NCBI RefSeq assembly: GCF_963921235.1
Contig: NC_086119.1
Location: 46,748,001-46,812,000, forward strand
Length of the DNA: 64,000 nt
Reading direction: 5' to 3'
Origin: Mobula hypostoma
Lineage: Eukaryota
Shown here: piece after piece, positions 26,902-39,613 of the stretch
How the letters are laid out: every line of letters starts with the position of its first letter
Numbering within the stretch: the first letter of the stretch is position 1
The notes under the pieces: generated by a model
Database searches by the model: none
Told to the model about the DNA's origin: nothing
The model's input: the letters and a program-made list of their open reading frames with translations, nothing else
Position numbers and translations under genes: made by a program

Positions 26902-27270
26902 GTAAATTTCTTACTTACCAATACTCCCAGGTTCTGTTTGTGTCAAAGTTACAATGAATTTGCAGTGAATGTATTCTGTCTGTTTCCCATGTACTGTTCC
27001 CTAAGTGCTGAAAGAGTGCGATAATAATTCCCTTGCATCTCCTTGATAATAATTTGAATTAGTAATACTCCATTTGCTCCAGGGTCTCCCAGCATCCAGT
27101 ATTGAAAGTCAGGAAAACTTTTTATCTCATCCTGAAAGGCAAACTTAAGAGTAAAAATCAGAATCATATTCAGCTATATTGTCACTGACATATGTCATTA
27201 AATTAAAGCAACACACATCAAAGTTGCTGGTGAACGCAGCAGGCCAGGCAGCATCTGTAGGAAGAGGTGC

Positions 27271-27306
27271 AGTCGACGTTTCAGGCTGAGACCCTTCGTC
27301 AGGACT
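27271..27306 (-). ncRNA. Minimal type I hammerhead ribozyme motif (GUC site)
   Basis: reverse complement of 28556-28591. Confidence 0.7.
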
Positions 27307-28555
27307 AACTGAAGGAAGAGTGAGTAAGGGATTTGAAAGTTGGGGGCGGGGGGCAGATCCAAAATGATAGGAGAAGACAGGAGGGGGAGGGATGGAGCCA
27401 AGAGCTGGACAGGTGATAGGCAAAAGGGATACGAGAGGATCATGGGACAGAAGGTCCGGGAAGAAAGACAAGGAGGCGGGGGGGGGGGACCCAGAGGATG
27501 GGCAAGGGGTATATTCAGAGGGACAGAGGGAGAAAAAGGAGAGTGAGAGAAAGAATGTGTGTATAAAAATAAGTAACAGATGGGGTACGAGGGGGAGGGG
27601 GGCCTTAGCGGAAGTTAGAGAAGTCGATGTTCATGCCATCAGGTTGGAGGCTACCCAGACGGAATATACGGTGTTGTTCCTCCAACCTGAGTGTGGCTTC
27701 ATCTTTACAGTAGAGGAGGCCGTGGATAGACATGTCAGAATGGGAATGGGATGGGGAATTAAAATGTGTGGCCATTGGGAGATCTTGCTTTCTCTGTCGG
27801 ACAGAGCGTAGATGTTCAGCAAAGCGGTCTCCCAGTCTGCGTCGGGTCTCGCCAACATATAAAAGGCCACATCGGGAGCACCGGACGCAGTATATCAAGC
27901 TGAACATCTACGCTCTGTCCGCCAGAGAAGGCAGGGCTGAACATCTATGCTCTGTCCGCCAGAGAAAGCAGGGCTGAACGTCTACGCTCTGTCCACCAGA
28001 GAAAGCAGGGCTGAACATCTACGCTCTGTCCGCCAGAGAAAGCAGGGCTGAACATCTACGCTCTGTCCACCAGAGAAAGCAGGATCTCCCAGTGGCCACA
28101 CATTTTAATTCCACATCCCATTCCCATTCTGACATGTCTATCCACGGCCTCCTCTACTGTAAAGATGAAGCCACACTCAGGTTGGAGGAACAACACCTTA
28201 TATTCCATCTGGGTAGCCTCCAACCTGATGGCATGAACATCGACTTCTCTAACTTCCGCTAAGGCCCCCCTCCCCCTCATACCCCATCTGTTACTTATTT
28301 TTATACACACATTCTTTCTCTCACTCTCCTTTTTCTCCCTCTGTCCCTCTGAATATACCCCTTGCCCATCCTCTGGGTCCCCCCGCCCCCTTGTCTTTCT
28401 TCCCGGACCTCCTGTCCCATGATCTTCTCGTATCCCTTTTGCCTATCACCTGTCCAGCTCTTGGCTCCATCCCTCCCCCTCCTGTCTTCTCCTATCATTT
28501 TGGATCTCCCCTCCCCCTCCAACTTTCAAATCCCTTACTCACTCTTCCTTCAGTT

Positions 28556-28591
28556 AGTCCTGACGAAGGGTCTCAGCCTGAAACGTCGACT
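28556..28591 (+). ncRNA. Minimal type I hammerhead ribozyme motif (GUC site, predicted cut after 28587)
   Basis: agtc-CTGACGA-agggtctcagcct-GAAAC-GTC-gact. Confidence 0.7.
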
Positions 28592-30514
28592 GCACCTGTT
28601 CCTACAGATGCTGCCTGGCCTGCTGCGTTCACCAGCAACTTTGATGTCTGTTGCTTGAATTTCCAGCATCTGCAGAATTCCTGTTGTTTACGTCATTAAA
28701 TTTGTTGTTTCACAAGGAATTCGAGTAGGAGGTCCACTGAAGTGCTGGTTACTAAAGTGTACTAGTTAGTAAAGAGCTGCATAACCAGACTTTTACTGTC
28801 CGGCTAAAAGTAAATAAGAGCACAGCTCTTGTGCCTGATGTGGTCCATATGTTTGGATGAATGCCTAATGCTCCCCTCTACCAGTTGGGAAGTAGTTAGT
28901 TGGGCAGATACATTGGGGATATTTAAGAAACTCCTAGATAGGCACATGGATAAAATAAAAATGCAGGGTGATAGGATGCGTAGGAGGGAGGGGATTGATC
29001 GTGGGGTAGGTTAAGAGGTCGGCACGACATCATAGGCTTAAGGGCCTGTACTGTGCTGTATTATTCTATGTCTATGTTCTAATTGTGATATTGATTGAGG
29101 GAAACTAGAGTGGGGCTGTGTTTAGAACAGCATCATGTTTCAGAATGTAAATAAGATGATCCGGGTCTGCCACCCAGGCAAATGAGGTCACTTTTTCTCA
29201 GTTGCCTCTAATCTCCTTTGTGTCACCAGACCGCGGCCTCAACTCCCACCCCAGAGGCTGATCCAAGACTTCTGCTAAGTGTAAAAATGCCCACAGTCCC
29301 TGTTACAGAAGGAGACTGCTTTGACAAAATTCTTCTCTCAGTCAGAAACCAATCACTGTGAAAGGTTCATAACATTTATTATATACAGTAAATAAATGGT
29401 AATTGCTTCTTCGCTTTACGACATTTCGGCTTACGAACCGTTTCATAGGAACGCTCTACCTTTGGATGGCAGGGGAAACCTGTAAACATTTTTCCAAATT
29501 ATCCATGTGTGGTCCGAAACAGGTATTGATTACATATGACATTTAACAAGTTCAATTTACACAAGGCAGCAATCATCAAAAAGCCGTTCAAGATGGCACC
29601 CATAAATGACACGACCAACGGCAACGTTTTCCAGACAGTCCATGAAACCATTTCTTTTACCTCTTTTATTTCTGCTACTGAGCTGCAGATGATTGCAACC
29701 AGTGGTTTATATTTTGATGGTGTATTTTGGGGCCAATTGAGTGATCTGGCACTTTGATGTCTCTAAGGGAGCTCAGTGAGGTTGGCAGCAGAGTGTGAAG
29801 TCTGGCAGCCTGTAAGCCTGGACATGGGGCATGAGCCCATGATTGACTCCATTGCTTCCCTCTGATTTGAGGTGTCGAGTTGGCGAAGACAAGAGCGGAG
29901 TGCGGGTGGGTGCTTTGCGCCATCTGTCTGTTTTTGATCAGTCTTCCTCTCCCTCTCACTAGCTGCTGTTGGAGGAAAGTGCAGGAGTCCTGCCTTCCAC
30001 GTAGCGGGGATTGATCTGCGAGGCTTGTGGACTTGTTTTGGGGGAACGTTGAGGTTCATGTTGCATGTACTTCTGGATTCTGGTTGGCGAAGACTGGTTC
30101 TAGAGCCTGCAGTCAGCTAGCAGTGTGGAGCTTAACTGAACTAAACAAAATACTTATGGTTTGATGTTGATATTCTATGTGTTGTTCACTCACTATCTGC
30201 TGTTTGTGCAATTTGTTCTTTTAGTGCACGTAAGGTGTTGGATGTTTCCTCTGAATGGGTTCCATGGTGTTTCTTCATTTTGTGGCTGCATGAGGGAGGG
30301 CTAATCTCAAAGTTGCATTCTGTATACATACTTTGGTTAAAAAATGTACTTTGAATCTTTTGAACCAAGTTAATCGAATTTTTAAAGCATCATGTTTTGG
30401 TTCTGTCCAACCCAAAAGCATCCTGTTTTGCATAGACATTACAGAGTCAAATAAAGTGTCTATTGCTCGAGTCGCGTGGATACCTATGGAATGCTTCTTT
30501 TTTATTGTGAGCAA

Positions 30515-31040
30515 TTTTGGGCTTCTTATCTAAGAAAGGATGTGCTAACATTGTAGAGAGTTCAAAGGGGCTTCACAAAAATGATTTCTGGATTAAAAGG
30601 CTTGTCATATGAAGAGCGTTAGATGGCTCTCGGCCTGTGCTCACTGGACTTCAGAAGAATGAGGGTTAACCTCATTGAAACCTATCGAATGTTGAAAAGA
30701 CTGAATAGGGTGGATGTGGAAAGGATGCTTCCTATGGTGTGGGAGTCTAACACCATAGGACACAGCCTCAGAATAGATGGGTGTTCTTTTAGAATGGAGA
30801 TGTGGAGAAATTTCTTAGCCTGAGAGTGGTAAATCTGTGGAATTCATTGCCACAAGCGGCTGTGGAGGCCAAGTCTATGTATATTTAAGGCAAAGGTTGA
30901 TAGATTCTTGATTAGTCAGGGATACGGGGAGAAGGCAGGAGATTGGTGCTGAGAGGGAAAAATGGATCAGCCATGATGAAATGGTGGAGCAGACTCAATG
31001 GGCCAAATGGCCTAATTCTCTTCCTATATCTTATGGTCCT
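30515..31040 (+). mobile_element. CR1 LINE 3' end
   Basis: LGLCSLDFRRMRVNLIETYRML. Confidence 0.85.
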
Positions 31041-33372
31041 ATTAGTGAATCGGTTCTGTTGTTACATCAGTGTAATAACTTCATGCATATCATGACTGAA
31101 GCCGGTTCTTTCCTTAAGGATGTGTAGAAACTGAATTGCAGTGTTTAAACACATATGGTAGGATTTTAGATTCCAAATCAGATGGATATTAGATCTTCTG
31201 GATTATGGATTTAGCAATATCACCACCAGATTTCCAATAATGTACCTACAGCAGGTTTTGGGAGAAATCGGAACTATAACATTGTACACTCCCTGAGCCT
31301 TCACATGGGATTCAGCCTTCACAATAAAACAGAAAGATGATCATAAAAAGGAAGTATAAAATGGTGGTGGTGCACATTTATCCCAGATGCTGAAATTAAT
31401 TCACGTCTTTTGTTGGTCATCTTATATTTCAAATTAATAAAGCATCCGTGTCAACAAGGTGGGTGTAGGTGTGAGGTGATGACTTTGCCTATTCATTACC
31501 AGGTATTAAATATTACAGCTACCTCCCTTTTCATTAAAGACTTGATATGTAATTTTATCCAGGGTGAAACTTATGACAATGGCTGGCTCCACAATCAAAA
31601 CTGACATCGTTCCTGATTCTTTATTCAAAAACAAATATTTGTAGAAAGATGCCCTGTTTGACTGGCTCCCCACCAATCACACTAAATGCTCATTCCCTCC
31701 AGCTTTGGCTCACATTGACTGCAGTGTGTATCATTTACACCAGGGGCTCCAAACCTTTTTTAAGCCATGGACCCCTACCAAAGGGTCCGTGGACCCCCGT
31801 TTGGGAACCTCTGATCTACAGAAGACACTGCAGTTACTGAAATCACAGTTCCTCTGACAGCACCTCATAAGTCACACCACCTTCACCAGCAAGAAGGACA
31901 AGGGCAGCAATGCACAGGAGCACCACTACCTGCAAGTTGCCCTCCAAGTCTTACACCATCCTGACTTATTGCTGGTTCTTCCTGTCCTGGAACTGCCTCC
32001 CCTACAGCGCGGTAGAAGAGCTGCTGCATTGCAGCATCAGAGGCTAGGTTCAATCCTGACTGACCCTGTACCGCTTTCTCCGCATTCTAAAGAATCGGAG
32101 GTGGATAGGTCAATCGTCCGCTGCAAGTTGCCACCCGTGCATGGATGGGTACTAGAGAACGGGGGCAATTGATGGGAATATGGGGAGGACAGAAGTTAAA
32201 GGAATTAACATAGAATTAGTGTAAGTGGGTGGTTGCTGGTCTGTGTGGACTTGATAGGGTGAAGATACGGCATCTCTAAACTCAATAACTCTAGCATTGG
32301 AAGAAAACCTTCATCTGAAACAGTTCAAGAAGGTGACCCATTATCACCTCCTCAATTAGGGATGGGAAGTGATGCCCAGTTTCCAAAATAAATTTTTTAA
32401 ATATTCTTTCCCTTCTTTGAAGACCAAGCATGGCATAATCCCATCTCTTTATCTCCCCTCCTAACACCCCGTAATACAGTTGATGAAGCCAGTCATCCCT
32501 CATTTTCTCTCCAATCATTCTACATGATCGCATTAGACTCTGCGCCTTCTCCTTTTGTCAGGCTTAATATCAGGTTTCTATTGAGAAGGGGCAAGGAAAA
32601 CTATTTAGAATTTGGAGTGAATCCATTAACCTTTGACTCCATGTTACCTCTTTGTCTCTATAGGTAGTGGGACAACCAGGTGACTTTCCCCTGATACTCC
32701 ATCTCATGAGGCCAAGTTGTGGACATTTCCAACTGGGATGTCTTTAGCGACTCCCAGCTCTGGGATCTGGGAAGCTACATGTGGCTAGCAGTAGGAATAA
32801 CACCTGGCATTTCTGTGCTCATGTGTGAACGTCTAAGTATCTCTAAATGAAGGTGTCCAGTGAAGTGTGAGATCTCTTCATTCTCCACTTCCCTACCTTA
32901 CACTGCTGTTTAATTGCTTTCATGCGAGCCTTAAGAAATAAGAGGCCTTTCCTCACTGATCCTGTTTAGGTCCCGGGTACCTGCTGCACCATGTGTAACC
33001 CACACACATAAACAACCAAAGCAGCAGTGTGTGCTGGGGTGTTATGACACAATAATTCACTTAACCATCACATTGAGCCGACGAGGGATTTGAACTCATG
33101 AACACTGTTTCCATGCAGTGGTGCCACAGGGTAAGGGTGATAGCAAGCAGTTATAGGAAAGTAAGCAATGCTACTGAGGTGCATGCAGCTCGAAGTACCT
33201 GCTGGGAGAAAATAAACAGGTCACAGAGGTGACAGAGGGAGAAACAATTGTTGCCCATTCAGGTTGCTGTTGAATGAGCCAAGGTAAACCAATCTGAAAC
33301 TTGCAATGGCTAATACAAGAAACTTCCTCATGTACATCCCAATGTAATAATGAAATCATTATGTATCTGCAG

Positions 33373-33490
33373 GAGAAGGCAGCCAAGAGAAAATGTCCCA
33401 GTTGTTGCTTCAAATGTCTTCCGATCATCAGTGGATTAATTCTCTTCATATTGATAGCAGGATCCATTACACTGATTCGTGGTGTTCTTG
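33373..33490 (+). CDS. Exon 2: Cys-rich juxtamembrane segment and transmembrane helix (EKAAKRKCPSCCFKCLPIISGLILFILIAGSITLIRGVL)
   Basis: ctgcag| acceptor and G|gtgaga donor; ~20-residue hydrophobic run after basic residues; phase 0>1. Confidence 0.85.
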
Positions 33491-34782
33491 GTGAGAAAGC
33501 AATTCAATTCATAGAACTTACATGTCAACATAATTGTATGCTTGATGTTGAGATAGCTCGCCGTTCCAATGATCAATTCTGAAACAGTCTCACAACAAAC
33601 TTAGTTCCTGATAACTTCACAACAAGGGTCTCAAGTACAAAAAGAATGGATAACTGGACTCTGAGCATAACTTGGTGCTGTCCACGTGGATGTCTCTAAT
33701 GCTGGGAGCAGCACCTGGACTGCAAGGTCAATACCGGGACTAAGAAGCCTCTTTGCACTCCAGTGCAGAATTTCACACATTGGGAGCTCTAACCTGGTGC
33801 ATGTTTGGGAGAAGGTGGCTGGGTCCTTTAAAATAAATTGATTTCTGGTTCTTGGTTTTAGTGATGGAGCTGATTGATTGATAACTTGTAATTTTCCAGG
33901 CTGAATTGGTCCTTAAAACATTTCAATGACCTGTAGCTGAATCCATCCCTGATTTAACATGGATTGGATAAGTTTCCTGGGCCTCAGGAAATCCAGCTGC
34001 TGAAGGGAGGCATTGGATCAAACTGCTAGGGGAAGCTTCAAACATCTGAGCATCAAACCTTGAGGCAGAGTGGGGGAGAGTTTGGTTGCTTTCCCATGAC
34101 CTCAGGCTCTAGCCCCCACCATTGAGCATATTCTCAACAATCCGATTCACTCTAAGATTGGCCCATGCCATTGGCTCTGAATTTTTCTACTGAATCTATG
34201 TACCACCTCTTATGTGGGAATCTGAAATAAAAACAGACCAAAAGCACTCCATGAGCCAGGCACCATCTGGGGAAGAGCAGCAGAATTAATGCTTCAGGTT
34301 TAAGAATGCAAACATTTTCTTGCCATCTTCTGCAAAGGAATCCGGGGTCCTAGTACATGAAACAAAATGTTAGCATTCAGTTACTACAAGTAATTGCGAA
34401 GGGAAATGACCATATTGCCAGAGCCATGAGGATTAAAAGTAGGAAGTTTTGCTGCAGCTCTACAAGGCATCGGGGAAAAGGCACCTGGAGTGCTGTGCAC
34501 AGCTTTGATCATATTATGAAGGCGGATAGACTTGCGCTGGTGTCAGTGCAGTGAAGGAGCTGTAGTTTGATTCCTGAAGTGAAGTGTTCGATGTATGTTT
34601 GAGCTGGTTGGACAACTGATCTGCAATACCTTTCACCAAGTGCCCCCTGATCTCCTGAGTGTTTCACCTTTCTGGTTCCTGCTGATTTAATGAAGCTTCT
34701 TCCCTCAAATGAGGAGTATCAATCACTTTCTATCAAACCAACACGAGACATGACCTAACTAAGGAGCTGTGCTTTCTTTCAG

Positions 34783-35057
34783 AGGTCCCAGTGATCATCA
34801 ATGGCTTTGCTCCCAATCGCCGTTTGAGTACAGTAGCCACAACGATCCTGAGCAGCACCAGCCAAACACTCAACTTCTCCACCAGTGCCAGTAATGACAC
34901 AAGTGCAACAAACACATCTGATTCAAATAACTACAGCCCAAATGCCAGATGCTACTTTGTGGGAGAGATGGAGGTAAAAGAGAATATCTCCATTGAACTC
35001 AACAGTGATCCCAGCTCAGAAGAATATTTGAGGATTACAGAAGGTGTAGAGAAGATG
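34783..35057 (+). CDS. Exon 3: Ser/Thr-rich stalk and start of SEA domain (...CYFVGEMEVKENISIELNSDPSSEEYLRITEGVEKM)
   Basis: ctttctttcag| acceptor and ATG|gtaagt donor; 'YFxGxxxI...L..PSSEEY' SEA pattern; phase 1>0. Confidence 0.88.
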
Positions 35058-36669
35058 GTAAGTCTTTTAGGCATTTTAAAACTGAAAGCAGTTTTTAAAA
35101 TTATTTATTGACATACAGCATGGAGTAGGCCTTCCTGGCCCTTTGAGCCGTGCTGCCCAGCAATCCCCAAATTATTCCTCGCCTAATCACAGGGCAATTT
35201 ACAATGACTAATTAACCTACCAGCCAGTAGATCTTTGGACTATGGGAGGAAACTGGAGCACCCAGAGGAAATCCACACAGTCACGGGGTGAACATACAAA
35301 CTCCTTACAGGCTGCAGCGGGAATTGAACCTGGGTTGCTGGTATTCTACTGTTTTCTAATCGGCATACTTTTTCTGTTGCCTGTACTGCACTACTGTGCT
35401 ACCTTAAAAGAAGCTGCTGAGATTAAAAAAATCATTTTATTAGCAATAATTTTTTAAATTTCTATCTTTGAATTAAAATGTATATGGAATAGATAATGTA
35501 GTGTTATCCCCAAGTGAAATACAAAATGCTGAGCAACCTTGGCAAGATGGATGTGGAGAGAATGTTTCCTCTTGTGGGAGAGTCCAGGTCACTGTTCAAG
35601 AATAACCATTACCCATTTAAGGTCAAGACAGGGTGACTTTTTTTTTAGTCTCAGAGGATGCTGAGTCTCTGGAACTCTTTGCTCAAAGGCCGATGGAAAG
35701 AAATTCTTCTTTGAAGGAGATTATTGAAAAAACAAGGGAGAGTAAATTTACCACAAGCTGGAGAAGTTCAGAATGCAGGGTTGAATCTGTAGTCAGGTTA
35801 ACCAGGATCTTATTGAATGATGGAGCAGGGAAGTGGGGGTGAGTGATCTACTCTTGCTCCTGATTGATACTGTCAAGTTAGCAGTGGGGGAGGTGAGAGG
35901 CAGGGTTGTCACTAGTGTTTGGCAGTGCTGAATCATAGCTTGTTGGCACTTGGGACAGTGATGGTGAGAGAATATTTCATTTGATAAAGCTTGCTATGGC
36001 AGAGATCTGCATCTTCTGGAATGGTCACATATAATGTTTTTCACCATACTGCATTGGGATTGTTGTTTTTGAAGCTGGCTTTCACTTTTCAGTGTGGAAG
36101 AATGTCACAGAGCACGTTTGAGTAGTGATCTGTTTTGAGTACTGTCGTGTCAGCAACTTCCTATTCCTCCTTTGGTTTCTCAAGTTCAAGTTCAAGATTA
36201 ATTGTCATTCAACCATACATGAATTTCTATGAATACAGCCAAACAAAACAGTGTTACTCCAGGGCCAAGATGCAAAACACAATACCAACAAATATTCACA
36301 GCACAAAGCACACATGGCATATAAGCCAGCAATAAACTACAGTCACACACAAAAATACTCTTAATACTCAAAATGGACTTCAATTCTTTCAGAGAAATTA
36401 ACATTAAATCCAAGGGTTAAGGTTTAAGGGTAATTTTACAGACTTTTGCTTGGTAAACATTTTGCCTAGGAGAAACAATTATCAAGGTGAGCATTTCCAA
36501 CATATGCATTGATTTGGCGTTAAAGGTTTACAGTCCCCAAGGAACTTTCCCTCCAGTAACTAACTTCCTAAAATGACCTGCACTGTGCTCGTTGGTTGAT
36601 TTGCTTCATCTTGCTAATTATTTTTATGAGAAATTTGTGAATAATCTATTCCATTTTTTTTCTTGTCAG

Positions 36670-36737
36670 ATAAATGGTACATACAAAACTTCAGCATTCA
36701 ACACGGTGTATATAACTACTAAAGTCATTGGAATAAG
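36670..36737 (+). CDS. Exon 4: SEA domain middle (INGTYKTSAFNTVYITTKVIGI)
   Basis: long pyrimidine tract, tgtcag| acceptor, AG|gtgaga donor; phase 0>2; too short for the ORF track. Confidence 0.85.
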
Positions 36738-37099
36738 GTGAGAAGTAGACTCGTGAAAGTTCCCACAGTGTAATTGTAGTGACGTGAATCAAACTCCATC
36801 ATTAGAAGGTGGACAAAGTACTTCTGGAGACAAGAGCTTGTGGCTGACTACACAGAGAAATTAAAGATGTGCACTTGAAGGATCATCCAAAACATCAATA
36901 ACCTTCCTTCTAACACTACCTCTGACAAGCCTCCACTGAAACACATACAACATAGACCTTAAAACAATTAAACAATAGTCACAGTGGCTCCAAATAGCAA
37001 TGACAATGGTGCAGACATTAAGGCATGTTCAATTTGGGTAGATTCCCTTTGTGAGAATGGATGCAGAGAGCGTGACACTATAGGGAACTGGGGATTGAC

Positions 37100-38032
37100 T
37101 GATTTATTATCCCTCTGCATCCCGTTCTCCCACTTTCTCCCTGTAACCCTTGACTCCCTTACTAATCAAGAACAAATCAATCTCCATTTTAAATGTACTC
37201 AATGCCTCCACAGCTGTCTGTGGCAATGAATTCCATAGATTCAACACCCTCTGGCTAAAGAAATTCCTCCTCATCTCTGTTCCAAAGGGATGTTCTTCTA
37301 TTCTACGGCAGTTCCCTCTGCTTCTAGACTCCCCCGCTATAGGAAACATCGTCTCCATGTCCACTCCGTCTAGGCCTTTCAACATTCGATAAGGTTCAAT
37401 GAGATCCCCATTTCCCCTCCCCAATTCTTCTGAACTCCAGAGAGTACAGATTGAGAGCCATCAAACACTCCTCATATATTAACCCTTTTGTTCCTGAGAT
37501 CATTCTCTTGAACTTCCATTGGCTCTCTCCAAGCCAGCACATCCTTTCTTAGATAAGAGGCCCAAAACTGCTCACATTACTCCAAGGACGGTCTGACCAA
37601 TGCCTCATAAAGCTTCAGTATTACATCCTTACTTTTATATTCTAGTCCTCTCAAAGTGAATGCTAACATTGCATTTGCTTTCCTTACCATTTGGTGCTCC
37701 ACAGGTGGGCAGTGTTGGGATCGCTTCTTTTCATGTTATATGTCAATTATTTGGATGATGGAATTGATGGCTTTGAAGTCAAGTTTGTGGAGGATATGAA
37801 GATAGGTGGAGGGGCAGGAAGTGTTGATGAAGCAGGGAGTCTGCAGAAGAACAGACATATTAAGAGAATGGGCAAAGAAGTGGTAGATGGAATATAGTGT
37901 AGGGAAGTGTATGGTCATGCACTTTGGTAGAAGGAATAAAGGCATAGACTATTTTCTAAATGGAGAAAATTCAGAAATCAGAGGTGCAAAGGGACTTGTG
38001 AGTCCTTGTGCAGGATTCCCTAAAGGTTAAGT
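37100..38032 (-). mobile_element. CR1 LINE with 5' inversion (minus 37100-37690, plus 37691-38032)
   Basis: plus part ends at QDSLKV, just upstream in ORF2 of where the minus part begins (VRKANAMLAF). Confidence 0.85.
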
Positions 38033-39464
38033 CACTAGTCACCCATGGCCAACCAGAAGACCCCCGCCCCCCCCCCGGCCCTTATTCCCTCTCTTTGTCT
38101 CCTGCCAGTCAGCCAGCCTTCTTGGTGGTATTAAAATTTTTCCCTGAAAAAAATATGAGTTTCTGTGTGTGTGTGTTTCCAGCAAAGACTGGCACTATTG
38201 TACTCTCCTCTCACGAAAATATATCACAGAAGATTTAATTAGTGAGAGGGTCAGATATCATTTAACGAGATAAGGAGAAATGGAAAAATTAGTCGAAATC
38301 AAGGAGAGGGCTATTTAGTTGAAGTGATATTTGACCCCTTTAGGAATCCGTAGTTAGACATCAGATTAGAAAGTGGGGCTGAATAAATATTGTTAACAAG
38401 CTGAATCAATGTGATGGTATAATGATATTTCAAGTGACAGTCTTTCTACTTTGTTTCTTCGTATGTTGGGCAAATTTAGCTGGGTGAGATCAGGTAATGG
38501 GTTAGATAATGGTTTAATGGGTGTGTAAAACCTTGAATAGGCCTGGTCTGCTGAATGGGTATTAGCTGGTGGAGGCTCTAGATGACAATTTATAGGAGTA
38601 ATGTACAAGCGCAGAGGTTCCCAACCTTTTTTATGCCATGGACCCTTACCATTAACCGAGGTGTCTGTGGACACCAGGTTGGGAACCCTGGTCCTAGAGG
38701 GTGCACAAATGTTACTGAGGCCAGATGGCATCTTTAACATCATCATCATCATTATCTGCTGTGTCATATGATGTGGGTGAACATGGCCATGACCATGATT
38801 GTTCTTGATAATTTTTTCTACGGAAGTGGTTTGCCATTGTCTTCTTCTGGGCAGTGTCTTTACAAGGTGGGTGAGCCCAGCCATTATCAATACTCTTCAG
38901 AGATTGTCTGCCTGGAATCAGTGGTCGCATAACAAGGACTTCTGATGCGTACCGGCTGCTCGTACGACCATCCGCCACCTGCTCCCATGGCTTCACGTGA
39001 TCCTGATCGGGGGCTAAGCAGGTGCCCAAGGGTGACCTGCAGGATAGCGGAGGGAAAGAGTGCTTTATACCTCCTTTGGTAGGGATGGATCTCCAACATG
39101 CCACCTGTCTTTAATAGCACCCTCTTAATCCCTCCATCCTAGGTTCAAAGCTGTGGCCAAACATCAGCCAATGTCAAAGTGCAACACACAAAACACTGGA
39201 AGAACTCAGCGGATCAGGCGTTATGTATGAAGAAGAAATAAGCGGTCAATATCCTTCATCTGGACTGCTCAGGTGAAGGATGCCAACCTGAAACATCAAT
39301 AGTCCATCTCTCACCATGGATGCTGCAATGATCTGCTGAGTTCCTCTAGTGTCTTGTATGTTGCTCTAGGTTCCAACGTTAGCAGTTTCTTGTGTCTCCA
39401 ATGTCAAAATGGCTAGGGGTCAGTTGGACAGATGTTGCACAATGTGGTCTCTTTCTCATTACAG

Positions 39465-39613
39465 TCCTGTCTACTCTGCTATCCGGTTCTGGATGCACCT
39501 CGAGTGCAGTGTGAGATTCCGTACAGAGGAAATTACAGCAGTCTTTCAGAAAGCAGAGGGGACCATCAATTTTCCCAACAACCAGCAGCTGAAGGTTCAA
39601 CTCAACACCATGA
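39465..39613 (+). CDS. Exon 5: SEA domain C-terminal part (SPVYSAIRFWMHLECSVRFRTEEITAVFQKAEGTINFPNNQQLKVQLNTM)
   Basis: ttacag| acceptor and A|gtaagt donor; phase 2>1. Confidence 0.82.

Larger units (their letters stand above)
27206..28690. mobile_element. Penelope-like fold-back: two inverted GIY-YIG/terminal segments around a 37-bp x5 tandem array
   Basis: near-identical peptides on opposite strands (ORFs 27198-27443 and 28362-28658); array 27899-28083; gtcattaaatt on both flanks. Confidence 0.92.

Noticed and set aside
27899-28083. CRISPR-like 37-bp repeats (also the 33-bp array at 1220-1517)
   Set aside because: Head-to-tail repeats with no unique spacers, no cas genes, and a eukaryotic context.
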